50,647 nt of DNA from Verrucomicrobiota bacterium (GTDB lineage Bacteria; Verrucomicrobiota; Verrucomicrobiia; Limisphaerales; CANJSG01): NCBI GenBank assembly GCA_947476875.1, contig CANJSG010000004.1, positions 1 through 50,647 on the forward strand, given 5' to 3'. Below the pieces are notes generated by a model. That model was not told the origin of the DNA and did no database searches. It saw only the letters and a program-made list of their open reading frames with translations. The position numbers and the translations under genes were made by a program. Positions 18,841-29,000 of this stretch are shown one piece after another (position 1 is the first letter of the stretch; every line of letters starts with the position of its first letter).

Positions 18841-19671
18841 ATGAACACGTCACATCGCCTCGCGACACTTGCTCTTCTCGTGGTCGGCTTGCTCATTGGG
18901 CCGGTCCAAGTTCGAGCCGCTGACGAGGAAGTCATTGAAAAGGCAAAGGCGGATCCAAAAACGCTGTTCGCAGCCACGAAGGCGACGGCGGAGAAGGGAG
19001 ATGCGCAGGCGCAATACGACTTGGGAATGCTTTACGACAATGGTCAAGGCGTGGAGACGAACCGTATCGAAGCAATCGGGTGGTATCGTAAGGCTGCTGA
19101 ACAAGGCAATGACCCCGCTCAATTTCTATTGGGCGTGATCTATGACTTTGGCTTGGGCGCGCAGAAGGACTCCGCCGAAGGATTGAAGTGGATGCGCAGG
19201 GCGCTGGAAAAAGGCTACGCGCCCGCGCAAAACTACATGGGAGTGCTGTTCAACTATGGAGTGGGCCGGGAGAAGAAGGACCCTGCCGAAGCGGTGAAGT
19301 GGTATCGGAAGGCGGCAGACCAGGGAAACGCAACCGCGCAATACAATCTTGGTGAGCTCTACTACGATGGCAGGGGCGTGGAGAAAGACTACGTAGAGGC
19401 GGCGAAGTGGTATCGCGAGGCGGCCATGCAGAACGATGTTTTCGCACAAACCAGCCTGGGTTCGCTCTACGAATTTGGCCAAGGGGTGAAGAAGGACTAC
19501 GTGGAAGCCTATGCTTGGAGGAATATGGCGGCGAAAGACAATCGCGGACTGGGTGCTCTGCGCGATGTTCTCGAAAGCAGAATGTCGCCCACGCAGGTCG
19601 CCGAAGCCCAAAAGCGCACCAAGGAACTCCGCGCCATGATCGACGCGAAGACGAACGCCGCGAGCAAGTGA
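18841..19671 (+). CDS. Secreted Sel1-like repeat protein
   Basis: Signal peptide; repeated AQY.LG.LY..G.GV.KD..EA.KWYRKAA.QG units; C-terminal MSPTQVAEAQ. Confidence 0.95.
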   Translation: MNTSHRLATLALLVVGLLIGPVQVRAADEEVIEKAKADPKTLFAATKATAEKGDAQAQYDLGMLYDNGQGVETNRIEAIGWYRKAAEQGNDPAQFLLGVIYDFGLGAQKDSAEGLKWMRRALEKGYAPAQNYMGVLFNYGVGREKKDPAEAVKWYRKAADQGNATAQYNLGELYYDGRGVEKDYVEAAKWYREAAMQNDVFAQTSLGSLYEFGQGVKKDYVEAYAWRNMAAKDNRGLGALRDVLESRMSPTQVAEAQKRTKELRAMIDAKTNAASK

Positions 19672-19713
19672 CCGCTCCGTTCCCCGCGTAGCTGGTTCCC
19701 CCGTCTTCCCGAC

Positions 19714-19992
19714 TCACGAATCTTCGGGCCGTCTTCTTCCCCGTGCTGGCGGAACCGGAGCAGCCACGCCTGCGGCATCGACTCTTGGTTGGGGCTTTTC
19801 GCCCGAAGATTGCACGACCCGCGTATCCGTCACGGGCGATTCCATGAACTGGGCCGACGCTTTCACCTTCTTCGAGTAGCCGTCATGCGGCATGGAGAAA
19901 CTCTCGATCCGAATCACTTTGTCATCCGGCGAGATGGTCAGGTTCTTCTTTTTGTAGCTCTTCAGCAGTTCCAGAAACAGCGTGCGCGGCAA
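19714..19992 (-). other. Possible gene fragment or short hypothetical ORF
   Basis: The first ~50 codons look protein-like (FLELLKSYKKKNLTISPDDKVIRIE); the remainder looks frameshifted. No family recognised. Confidence 0.25.
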
Positions 19993-20007
19993 CCGGTAGG
20001 AGGTTCG

Positions 20008-21174
20008 TCAATTCCGTGATCCGGCTTTGGCCGCATCGTGCTTTTCGTGCAGCCGCTTCCAGAAGTCCTTCCAATACGTGTCGTAGTAGTCCTGCGCCGC
20101 GAGGTCGATGTGTTCGAGCTTGGAGACCTTGGGCGCGGTGGCCGGGTTGTAGCCGGCGAGATGCCCCTTGCCGGCGCGGACGCGGGGCGAAACGAAACGC
20201 CATTCGGAGGTGCCGAGCACTTCCTCGCACAGTTTCGCCAAATCGGGGTCGTAGGTCCTGAATTGGTCGCGGGTGTGAATGTGGTTGTGGTCATGGTCCA
20301 TGGTCCGATTGGTGTCGAACCAGTCCTGGAATCCCTCCGCCCAATACTCCGCCTGGCTCGCCATCGAGTAGGTTTGTTTCGGCCCGCCAAACACGATGAG
20401 GACCTTGTCGGTCCGCGTGACCATGACGTCCGCCCGGGCTGGACGGCCGTTGACGAGGATGTCTCCTCGGTCGAGGCATTTGCCGAAAAACTCCCGCGTT
20501 TCGGCCGGGAACGATTTCACCAGGGCATCCAGCAGACTGACCGGGGTTTCACTCTTCACCCGCCGGAACTTCTGGGCGGCGTAGCCATCGTTGTAGAGTC
20601 CCTTCGTCTTGGCGTTTTCGAACGCCGCCTTGACCCGGGCGTTCAGTTCCTTGTCGAAGCCGGCCCCTTGCACCACGTGGCCGAACTCGTGGATCAGAAT
20701 GCTCTCGAGCTGCATGCCTCCTTCGTATTCGAGCACGTCCTCCTCGGCGAAGAGCACCACCTGGCGGTTGTTCTTCGTGGTGAGAAATCCCCGCTGCCGC
20801 CAGTTGTAGAAGTCGAGCTCCTTGCCGGTCTTGTCCGACGCGAAGAGCGGCACGTCGGAGGTCAGTTCCTTGTGGCCTACCAGGACACACAACACCTTCC
20901 TCTCCCGGATTCTCTGGGCGATGTCGGGACGGATGCTCTTCATCACCATGTCGAACTGGTAGGCGGCTTCGAGGTGGGCGAAATCCGAAACGTTCGTCGA
21001 CGTGGCGATCAGGATGTCCTGAACCCAGGTGCCCTTCTTGAAGAAGTTCGGGTCGAGCTTGTATTCCGCAGCTTGCTCCACGGACACGGGTTTGACCTGA
21101 AGCAGCGCATCGGCCGCGGGGAGTTCGACGCAGGCAAGCGCCAAGACAGTCAGAGAGCGCAGGAACGTTTTCAT
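20008..21174 (-). CDS. Secreted zinc metallopeptidase (HEXXH...EYWAE) with S4-like insertion
   Basis: Signal peptide; ILIHEFGH; distal EYWAEG; HDHNHIHTR..YDP; ~65-aa insert containing LLDALVKSFP..GDILVNGRPA..DKVLI. Confidence 0.8.
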   Translation of the reverse strand: MKTFLRSLTVLALACVELPAADALLQVKPVSVEQAAEYKLDPNFFKKGTWVQDILIATSTNVSDFAHLEAAYQFDMVMKSIRPDIAQRIRERKVLCVLVGHKELTSDVPLFASDKTGKELDFYNWRQRGFLTTKNNRQVVLFAEEDVLEYEGGMQLESILIHEFGHVVQGAGFDKELNARVKAAFENAKTKGLYNDGYAAQKFRRVKSETPVSLLDALVKSFPAETREFFGKCLDRGDILVNGRPARADVMVTRTDKVLIVFGGPKQTYSMASQAEYWAEGFQDWFDTNRTMDHDHNHIHTRDQFRTYDPDLAKLCEEVLGTSEWRFVSPRVRAGKGHLAGYNPATAPKVSKLEHIDLAAQDYYDTYWKDFWKRLHEKHDAAKAGSRN

Positions 21175-21240
21175 GGCGGAGGCTTTCATGGGTTGGAACG
21201 TTGTCGTTGCTGAGAGTTCACAGGCTGCATTTGGTCCATT

Positions 21241-24200
21241 CTACTCCACGACGAGCACGCCGCGCATCATGCGCCAGTGTCCGGGGAACGTGCAGATGAA
21301 CGGGTAGTCGCCGGGAGCGGCGGGAGCGGTGAAGACCAACTCGGCTTTCCGGCGGGGCTGCACGAGCGGCGTGGCGTGGAGAACTTTTGCCGACGCAGGA
21401 ATGTAGCCCCGCGCCATGCCGTCGGGCTGGGCGGCCAGCTTGTCGGCGAGTGCGCCGACTTCCTCCGCGGAGCCGGGCGCGAGGATGAGGAGGTTGTGCA
21501 GCATGAGGTCGGGATTCTCGAAAATCAGGCGGACCTTCGCGCCCGCTTTGACCCTCAGTTCCCTGGGGGCGAACTGCATCTTGTTCGGAACAGCCTGGAC
21601 CATGAGGGCGTCGCCCAGGCTGGCGTTGGCCTTGGCGAACTCCGCGGCCATGGCGTTGAGCTGGTTGGTATCGGCCGCGGGATGCGCCGTGGTGAGGCGT
21701 TGGCCGAGCGGGTCGTAGAGAAACACGGCTGGCGGGTTCTTCGCTTTGCGGAAAACGCAGTCGATCACGTTCAGGCCGGCGCGGAGATCGAGTTGGACCT
21801 GCTGGTCGTTGATCCACATGGAATCGGAGGAGAGCAGCTGCACACCGTTGACCAGGACATCGAGGTAACCGTGGCGGACGGAGAGGACGGCGGGCTGCGC
21901 GGCGTCCGCCTGGACGAACGTGCGGCGGGCGCCTTGGCCGACGTCGAGCCATTCGGCAAGGCGGGTTTCGGGGGCGATCTCCAGAACGGGAACGCTGCGG
22001 CCTTTGGCGGGTTTGGTGCCGTGCTTGAGGTCGGCGAGCATGTGCTGCACGTCGGCGTTGGTGGTGGTCAACCCATGAAGCGCATGCTCGACGGCGGGCA
22101 TCGCGGGGCGGAGATGGGCGATGGCGTCCACGACTTCCATCTGCACGCGCGGATGCGGATCGGCAGCCATCTGGTGGAGGAGGTCGGCGGTGTTCGGAAG
22201 TCGATCGGCTTGGAAACGGATCATGCGGACGGCGGCGGCACGATACTGGAACGACTCCGCCTTAAGGAGCTCGGCCAGCAGCAAAGGCCGGGTCTGTTCG
22301 AGTCCCTCAGCAACGAAGAGAGCCTCCAGTGCGGACTGGTTAAAGTCCGGCTTCGTGCGGTCGAGGCCGGTGACCCACTTGTCCAAAGCCGGGAGCATGG
22401 ACGTGCCCTTCTTTCGCAATTCGATCCGCGTGTGGTGGCGCACAATGTCCTGCGTGTTGCTTCCGAGGAGGGAGAGCAGCTCGGCAACGCCCGCTCCCTC
22501 GATGCGCGGGAACGTCTTCACCACCGGTTTCGCATTGTGAACGACGCGCCAGATCCGGCCGTGGTCATGGTCCCAGTGCGGGTCGCGCATCGGGTGCTGC
22601 GCGTGGCCGATGATCGGGCTGCAGAAGTCGGACACGTAGAGCGCGCCGTCGAATCCAAACTCGAGATCGGCCGGCCGGAACGCGGCGTTTGGCGAAGAGA
22701 CCACGTCCAGCCGTTTCGAACCGCGGACCATGCCCTTCTCGTAGTCGTAGTTCCAAAGGGAGACGGAGTAGTTGCCGAGCAGCGCGGCGCTGGCCATTCC
22801 CTGTTGGTATTCGTCGGGGAAGTTCGGGCTGGAAATGCTCGCGATGCCGGAGCCTTTGCCGTTGCTGCCCGTGTTGCCGTAGCTGAACGGATGATAGACG
22901 GCGAGCGGCGTCCACGTGAGGGCCAGCGTGTCGAGCGGCAGGCCGTCGCCATACATCTGGAAAATGTTGCCGGTGCGGTCGTGGGTGATCTTCCACGGAT
23001 TGGGCGTGTTGCTCTGCCACTCGGTCTCGACCCGTCCGGTGCGCGGATTCAACCGGTAGGTCGTGGCGTCAATGCCGCGCACGACCCCGAACGGCGTCTC
23101 CAGCGTGGAGCGGTGGAACACGCCGTCGCAGAACAGCACGTGTCCAATGGGATCGGTCGCGATCATTCCGCCGTGATGCGAGTCGGTCACGTCGATGCCG
23201 CGGAACAGTTCGCGCTTCGTGTCGGCCTTGCCGTCGCCGTTGGTGTCGGTCATCAGCCAGAGCTTCGGTTGTTCGGAAATGATGACGCCCCACTCGGTGA
23301 AGGCGACGCCATCAAGGGCGTCGAGGCCCTCGGCGAAGGTGGTGCACTTGTCGGCCTTGCCATCATGGTCGGTGTCTTCGAGGACGATGATTTTATCCTG
23401 CGGCGGCAGCCCCGGCACGGTGTGGGGAAAGGACGGCATGGTCACCACCCAGAGCCGTCCTCGAGCGTCGAAGGCGATCTGCACGGGATTCTTCAGCTCG
23501 GGAAACTCCGCTTCGGATGCGAAGAGATTCACGGTGTAGCCGTCGGCGACTTTGAACTCCGCCTGCGCTTCGGCCGGCGGTTTGATGATGCCGGTGTTCT
23601 TGCCGTCGTCATGGCCTTTGATCGGCGGCAGGGGCGGCAGCCACGGAAGCGGGATATCGGCGAACTTATTGGCCGGAGTCGCGGCCAGTTCATGGACGAC
23701 CGCTTCGGTCGCGGCGATCATCTCGTGGTAGCGCGGAATCTCGGCGCTGTTCTCCTCCTGGCGCTTGCGGATGCCGTAATAGAGGTCGGCGTTCTTCGGG
23801 CGAACAACCTCGGCGACATAGTAGTTCTTTCGCGCGACCGCCTTCACCACTTCAGCCATGCGTGCGGAATCCGCTTTGGCCACTGCCGGGGCGCCAAGCA
23901 GTGCCCGAGCGATGGTCCTGGTCATTGCATGATTGCCCGCTTCGTTGAGATGGAGGCCATTCGAAGTCAGCCGGGTTTTGCTTTTCGAATAGGCCTCCTT
24001 GCTTGACGCGAACAAGTCCACGAAGAGCGCCCCGCGCGCCTTCGCCGTATCGCTGATGGCCTTGGCGTAGGCCGCCACGTCGCTGTTGCGCTTCTCGACA
24101 TCCAGCACTTGGCCGCCTTTTTCCAATGCCGTCGGGGAAAGCAGGACCAGCTTCGCGCCGGGATGAAGCCGGACGATCTGGTCAAGGTATCCATCGAGCT

Positions 24201-24567
24201 GTTTGCGGAAGTCCGTGAGCCCGGCCGCGCCGCCAAACGCCTCGTTCATCCCGAAGCCCGCGATCACGACTTTCGCCGACCATTTGGCGAGCAGTTCCTT
24301 CATGTGGGCCTCGTAGCCCTCGGGTCGCAGGCGGTAGCCGACCTCATCACCGGTCCAGGCGAAGCTCCGGAAGCGCAGTTTCTTTTCGGGATGCGCGAGC
24401 TGGACCAGCGCCTCCAGTTCGCCGTGTTCGCCCAGGCGCTCAACCATCGAATTGCCGTAGGAGAGGATCGTGTCGTTGTTTTGGAACGCCACGGCCGCAT
24501 GCGCCCCAGTGGGTGCGAGGACGGTGCAGACGAAGAGGATCGAAAGGATGGCTAGGAATCTGGACAT
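21241..24567 (-). CDS. PVC-type multidomain exported protein: SGNH-like + dehydrogenase-like beta-propeller + HEAT repeats + azurin-like copper domain
   Basis: GNS / GFGMNE / NGLHLN (SGNH-like); LFASEAEFPEL.NPVQIAFDARGRLWV and FRPADLEFGFDGALYVSDF (propeller); DPHPRVQME (HEAT); MLHNL and CTFPGHWRMM (type-1 Cu ligands). Confidence 0.88.
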   Translation of the reverse strand: MSRFLAILSILFVCTVLAPTGAHAAVAFQNNDTILSYGNSMVERLGEHGELEALVQLAHPEKKLRFRSFAWTGDEVGYRLRPEGYEAHMKELLAKWSAKVVIAGFGMNEAFGGAAGLTDFRKQLDGYLDQIVRLHPGAKLVLLSPTALEKGGQVLDVEKRNSDVAAYAKAISDTAKARGALFVDLFASSKEAYSKSKTRLTSNGLHLNEAGNHAMTRTIARALLGAPAVAKADSARMAEVVKAVARKNYYVAEVVRPKNADLYYGIRKRQEENSAEIPRYHEMIAATEAVVHELAATPANKFADIPLPWLPPLPPIKGHDDGKNTGIIKPPAEAQAEFKVADGYTVNLFASEAEFPELKNPVQIAFDARGRLWVVTMPSFPHTVPGLPPQDKIIVLEDTDHDGKADKCTTFAEGLDALDGVAFTEWGVIISEQPKLWLMTDTNGDGKADTKRELFRGIDVTDSHHGGMIATDPIGHVLFCDGVFHRSTLETPFGVVRGIDATTYRLNPRTGRVETEWQSNTPNPWKITHDRTGNIFQMYGDGLPLDTLALTWTPLAVYHPFSYGNTGSNGKGSGIASISSPNFPDEYQQGMASAALLGNYSVSLWNYDYEKGMVRGSKRLDVVSSPNAAFRPADLEFGFDGALYVSDFCSPIIGHAQHPMRDPHWDHDHGRIWRVVHNAKPVVKTFPRIEGAGVAELLSLLGSNTQDIVRHHTRIELRKKGTSMLPALDKWVTGLDRTKPDFNQSALEALFVAEGLEQTRPLLLAELLKAESFQYRAAAVRMIRFQADRLPNTADLLHQMAADPHPRVQMEVVDAIAHLRPAMPAVEHALHGLTTTNADVQHMLADLKHGTKPAKGRSVPVLEIAPETRLAEWLDVGQGARRTFVQADAAQPAVLSVRHGYLDVLVNGVQLLSSDSMWINDQQVQLDLRAGLNVIDCVFRKAKNPPAVFLYDPLGQRLTTAHPAADTNQLNAMAAEFAKANASLGDALMVQAVPNKMQFAPRELRVKAGAKVRLIFENPDLMLHNLLILAPGSAEEVGALADKLAAQPDGMARGYIPASAKVLHATPLVQPRRKAELVFTAPAAPGDYPFICTFPGHWRMMRGVLVVE

Positions 24568-24654
24568 GGATTGGAAGTGTGAAGCGGGATTCTGCAATGT
24601 GGGCGGCGGGTGCCAAGGACGTTGTCCCTGCTCTCGCGAAGGTTCCGAGGGACG

Positions 24655-26064
24655 CTACGCGAAGATTTCATTCACCACCCGTCCATGCACATCGGTCAGG
24701 CGGAAGTCTCGGCCGGTGTGGCGGTAGGTGAGGCGTTCGTGGTCGATGCCCATCAATGCGAGGATCGTGGCGTGCAGGTCGTGGACATGGACCTTTTGGT
24801 CGACGCAGTAGAAGCCGTATTCGTCGGTCACGCCGTAGCTGAAGCCGGGTTTCACGCCGCCACCGGCCATCCACATCGTGAACGCGTGCGGATGATGGTC
24901 GCGCCCATCAGAGCCTTGCATGGTGGGAGTGCGGCCAAATTCGCCGCCCCAGATGACGAGCGTGTCCTTGAGTTGGCCGCGGGCCTTGAGGTCCTGGAGC
25001 AGTCCGGCGATGGGACGATCGACTTCGTGGGCCAGACGGCCGTGTTCCTTGGGCAGGTCGCCGTGGGAATCCCAGTAGGGATGGCTCACCTGCACGAAGC
25101 GGACCCCGCGCTCGCTGAAACGCCGGGCCAGCAGGCATTGCCGGGCGAAGGACGCCGTCTTCGGGTCATCCAGGCCGTAGAGCTTTTTCGTGGCTTCCGA
25201 CTCGCGGGAAACATCCATCGCCTCGGGCGCCTCGGTTTGCATGCGGAAGGCGAGTTCGAAGGATTCGATGCGCGCCTCCAGGGCCGGATCGGTTCCAGCG
25301 CGGGCGAGGTGCTTCTGGTTCATCTCGCCGAGCAGGTCCAGTTGGGCCCGTTGCAATGGGGTGTTCGCGTTGGGGTCGTGCAGGTAGTTGATCGTCGCTT
25401 TCTCCACCGGACCGCCGCCTCCGATGGGCGTGCCTTGATGAACGGCGGGAAGAAAGGCGCTGGACCAGTTGCCCACGCCGCCGTGTCCGAACGTGGGATT
25501 GATGGTGATGAAGCTGGGGAGGTTCTGATTTTCCGTGCCCAAGCCGTAGGAGAGCCACGAGCCCATGCTGGGCCGGACAAATGTGTCGGAACCCGTGTGC
25601 AGTTTCAGGAGCGCGCCGCCGTGCGCTTCATTGGTTCCATGGATGGACTTGATGAAACAGATGTCGTCCGCGCAGGCACCCACCAGCGGAAACAGATCGC
25701 TGATCATCGCGCCGGACTGGCCGTAGGGCCGGAATTCCCACGGCGACTTCCAGAGGTTCGACGTCTTGGCGAACTGGATGCGCGGCTTGTCGAAGGGCAG
25801 CGGCTTGCCCGAGTCGCGAATGAGCGCGGGCTTGTAGTCAAACGTGTCCACGTGCGACGGGCCGCCGTGCATGAAGAGGAAAATCACCCGCTTGGCCCGC
25901 GCCGGAAACATGGGCGGCTTGGCGGCCAGCGGATTGACGTTCGTGCCGGCGGAGGCGCGCTCAAGGGACGACATCAGGCCGAGCAGCGCGAGGTTGCCGA
26001 ACCCGGCGGAGCATTGGCGCAGCATCTGGCGGCGGGAAACGGGCGTGGGTAATTCGTGCGGCAT
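24655..26064 (-). CDS. DUF1501 family protein (Tat-exported)
   Basis: SRRQML Tat motif; AKRVIFLFMHGGPSHVDTFDYKP, RPSMGSW, YGLG.EN, WDSH, WGGEFGRTP, GRDHHP, HDLHATIL. Confidence 0.95.
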   Translation of the reverse strand: MPHELPTPVSRRQMLRQCSAGFGNLALLGLMSSLERASAGTNVNPLAAKPPMFPARAKRVIFLFMHGGPSHVDTFDYKPALIRDSGKPLPFDKPRIQFAKTSNLWKSPWEFRPYGQSGAMISDLFPLVGACADDICFIKSIHGTNEAHGGALLKLHTGSDTFVRPSMGSWLSYGLGTENQNLPSFITINPTFGHGGVGNWSSAFLPAVHQGTPIGGGGPVEKATINYLHDPNANTPLQRAQLDLLGEMNQKHLARAGTDPALEARIESFELAFRMQTEAPEAMDVSRESEATKKLYGLDDPKTASFARQCLLARRFSERGVRFVQVSHPYWDSHGDLPKEHGRLAHEVDRPIAGLLQDLKARGQLKDTLVIWGGEFGRTPTMQGSDGRDHHPHAFTMWMAGGGVKPGFSYGVTDEYGFYCVDQKVHVHDLHATILALMGIDHERLTYRHTGRDFRLTDVHGRVVNEIFA

Positions 26065-26068
26065 GGCG

Positions 26069-29000
26069 TTACTCCCGGTAGATGAATTCATTGGCGGCAA
26101 AGAGCATCTGGCACCACGCGGTCCAGGCGGCTTCGTCGTTCTTCGTCGGTTCCGTGCGTGGCAGCGACGCGATAAACCGTTCGGCCCGCTCCGTTTCAGT
26201 TTTTGTCGGTAAACGGCCGAACGCGCGTTCGTAAGCGAGCTGGATGCGGGTGGTCGAACTGTCCGCCGCCGCCGCTCCCAGATTCTTCGCAAAGGCGCGG
26301 GCGGATTCCTTGACCAGCGGGCTGTTGAGGAAGAACAGCGCCTGATGCGACACCACCGTCGGGATGCGCTTGGCGGTGCCGACGCTGGGATTGGCGAAAT
26401 CGAAGATGGTGAACACGTCGAAGACCCGGTCGCGCACCACGGGAAGATAAACTGAGCGGCGGACGGACGAGGCGGACACGGTGTCGGTCGGGGTGTATTC
26501 GTCGTTCTTCCACGACACGAGCGAACCGCCGGCGGTGGCATCCAGCCGGTCGGAGACGGCGAGCAACGCATCACGGATCATTTCGGCTTCGAGGCGTTGT
26601 CGCGGGAAATGCCAGAGAAGCCTGTTGTCCGGATCCACCGTCGATCCCTTGGCGATGGCAGCGGCGGTCAGGTGTGTCTCGTCCGTCTTCTTCGAGGCAG
26701 AAGCACTTTCGCGGTGGCCACCATTTCCCACCTGGCGCCAAGTCGCGCTCGTCAGGATCAACCGGTGGAGCCGCTTCACATCCCAGCCGGAGCGCATGAA
26801 TTCGCGGGCCAGCCAGTCGAGCAGCTCCGGATGCGACGGGGTTTCACCGCGGACGCCGAAATTGTCGGGCGAACGCACGAGGCCTTCACCGAAGTGGGCC
26901 TGCCAGATCCGATTCACGATGACGCGCGCCGTGAGCGGATTCTCCGGGCTGGTCAGCCACTGGGCGAGTTCGAGGCGGCCACTGCTCTTGACCGGCAGGG
27001 GCGAGGATCCCGGCTTGTAGGCGACCTGCACGAAGCCACGCGGAACGGGCTCCTTCGCCAGGTTCAGGTGGCTGCCGCGGATGTGCACCGGCAAATCCAC
27101 CGGCTTGTCCTCATCGACCGCGAGCGCGAAGGCCACCGGCGCGGGGCTGTTCGTCTTCGCCATGTCACGGGCGGCCTCCAGCGCGACGATGGCGTCGCGG
27201 GTCTGCTCCGGGTAAGAGGGCCGCGGATCCTTCGGCAACGCGAACACGCCGCCCGGCGCGAAGAGCGCGTCGTGCGTCTCCGCCACGGCGAGCAGTTCGC
27301 GGTCGGCATCGGCAAGGTCGTTGAACTCCCAACGCGCCACGACCTCGGTGCCGTCCACCTTGCCCGCGTTTTCAAAATGATCCTTCAACTGGGCAGCCGT
27401 CAGCGCGGAGCGATGGACGAAAACCTCGTCAAGCAACCCCTTGAAGTTCACATGGCCATCCGCCCGTCGACCCAGGACCAGCGGTCCTGTGCCGGCGACG
27501 CGGGTCCGTTTGATCTCCGTTTCACCCGCGGCCGCGCCGTCCACGAACAGGCGCAAGGTCACGCCGTCGTAGGTCATCGCGAGGTGGTGCCATTGGTTTG
27601 CCTTGAGCGGTTTCCCTTCGTTCCAGACCGCGAAGACGTTTTCCTTGCCGCCGCCTATGTTCAGGTAGGCGCCGGCGCGATTCCGATCGAGCATCAGCGC
27701 GTAGTGTCCTTCGGCCCATTCATTCGCGCCTTTGCTCACGAGCCACCGGCGTTGGTCTCCGTCCTTGGGAAACGGGCTGAAGCGAACCCAGGCCTCGACG
27801 GTGAGCTGCTTGGGTTCGAGTGCGACGGAATGGGGCAGCTCCAGATGATTGCGGCCATTGCCTTGAAAGGCCGCGCCGACTTTCCCGGGAGCCAGCCTCA
27901 GTCCTTTGGCGGTGTCGGAAAGTTTCTCTTCGTTGGCGAGAAACCCGGCGATGGTTGACGGATCAGAAGCCAGGCCCCGCAAGGTCCGGCTCACCGGATT
28001 GGTGGAAGGATCGGGGGCCATCAACTCGCGGAGCCGCGCCACCAGATTGGTCGGCTGCGAGGATTGGTTCGTCGACGGTGAGGAAGCTGCCGAGGCGAGA
28101 CAAGTCCCAAGGTTGGTTCTCCAACTGGATCGAAGCGCCTTGTCCGCATTCTCGATTGCCCGGGCCACTTCATTGCTCTTCGCCGCGAAGACCTTGTCGT
28201 GCGCTGCGATGGCGGCGAGCTGGGACGTGCTGGTGATGCGGCGTTCGTTGAACTTCGAGACGAACGCCAGGTTCTCCATCGTCTTCGTGCTCCGGAAAAT
28301 CCCGGCCAGCGCGTAATAGTCTCGCGCCGAGATCGGATCGAACTTGTGGTCGTGGCACCGCGCACAGCCGACGGTCAGCCCCAGAAAAGCCCGGCTCACC
28401 ACGTCGATCTGTTCATCGACGAGGTCCATGACGAGTTTGGGTTTGTCCTGCTCGGCCAGCATCTTCGGCCCCATCACCAGCAGACCCGTGGCGGTCCATC
28501 GATCGAAGACGGCCTGTTCGCCGACGCCGTTGGTCGGGAGGAGATCGCCTGCGAGCTGCTCGGTGATGAAGGCGGCGAAAGGCTGGTTGGCATTGAACGA
28601 CCGGATCACCCAGTCGCGATACCGCCAGGCGTTGGCCATGACCTTGTTCTCGTCCTGGCCGTTCGAGTCGGCGTAGCGCGCGACATCCAGCCACCATCGC
28701 CCCCAACGTTCGCCATAACGCGGCGATGCCAGCAGACGATCGATCATCCGCTCGAAGGCATCCTTCGCTGGATCCTTGAGGAAGGCGGCGATTTCTTCGG
28801 GCGTCGGTGGAAGCCCCGTCAAATCGTAGGCCGCGCGCCGGATCAACGTCCGCCGGTCCGCGATCGGAGCGGGCGACAGCTCCTTTTCCTTCAGCTTGGC
28901 CACGACGAACGAATCGATGGGATGAACGCGGCGCGAGAACAACGAAGACTTCTTCGGCGGTTCAGCGGTGCGGATCGATTGGAACGCCCAGTGGACCCGG

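Noticed and set aside
21277-24006. 909-aa plus-strand ORF and similar long antisense ORFs (2211-4019, 4013-6304, 39207-41231, 42130-44385)
   Set aside because: Shadow frames opposite well-supported genes, expected in high-GC DNA.
24655-26574. 639-aa version of the DUF1501 ORF, suggesting a fusion or overlap with PSD1
   Set aside because: The Tat signal begins at 26064; the upstream part is an alternative frame of the PSD1 gene.
26650-26735. Possible decayed REP doublet inside the PSD1 gene (VGNGGHRES...HLTAAAI)
   Set aside because: Arms are too degenerate to support and this loop is naturally variable.
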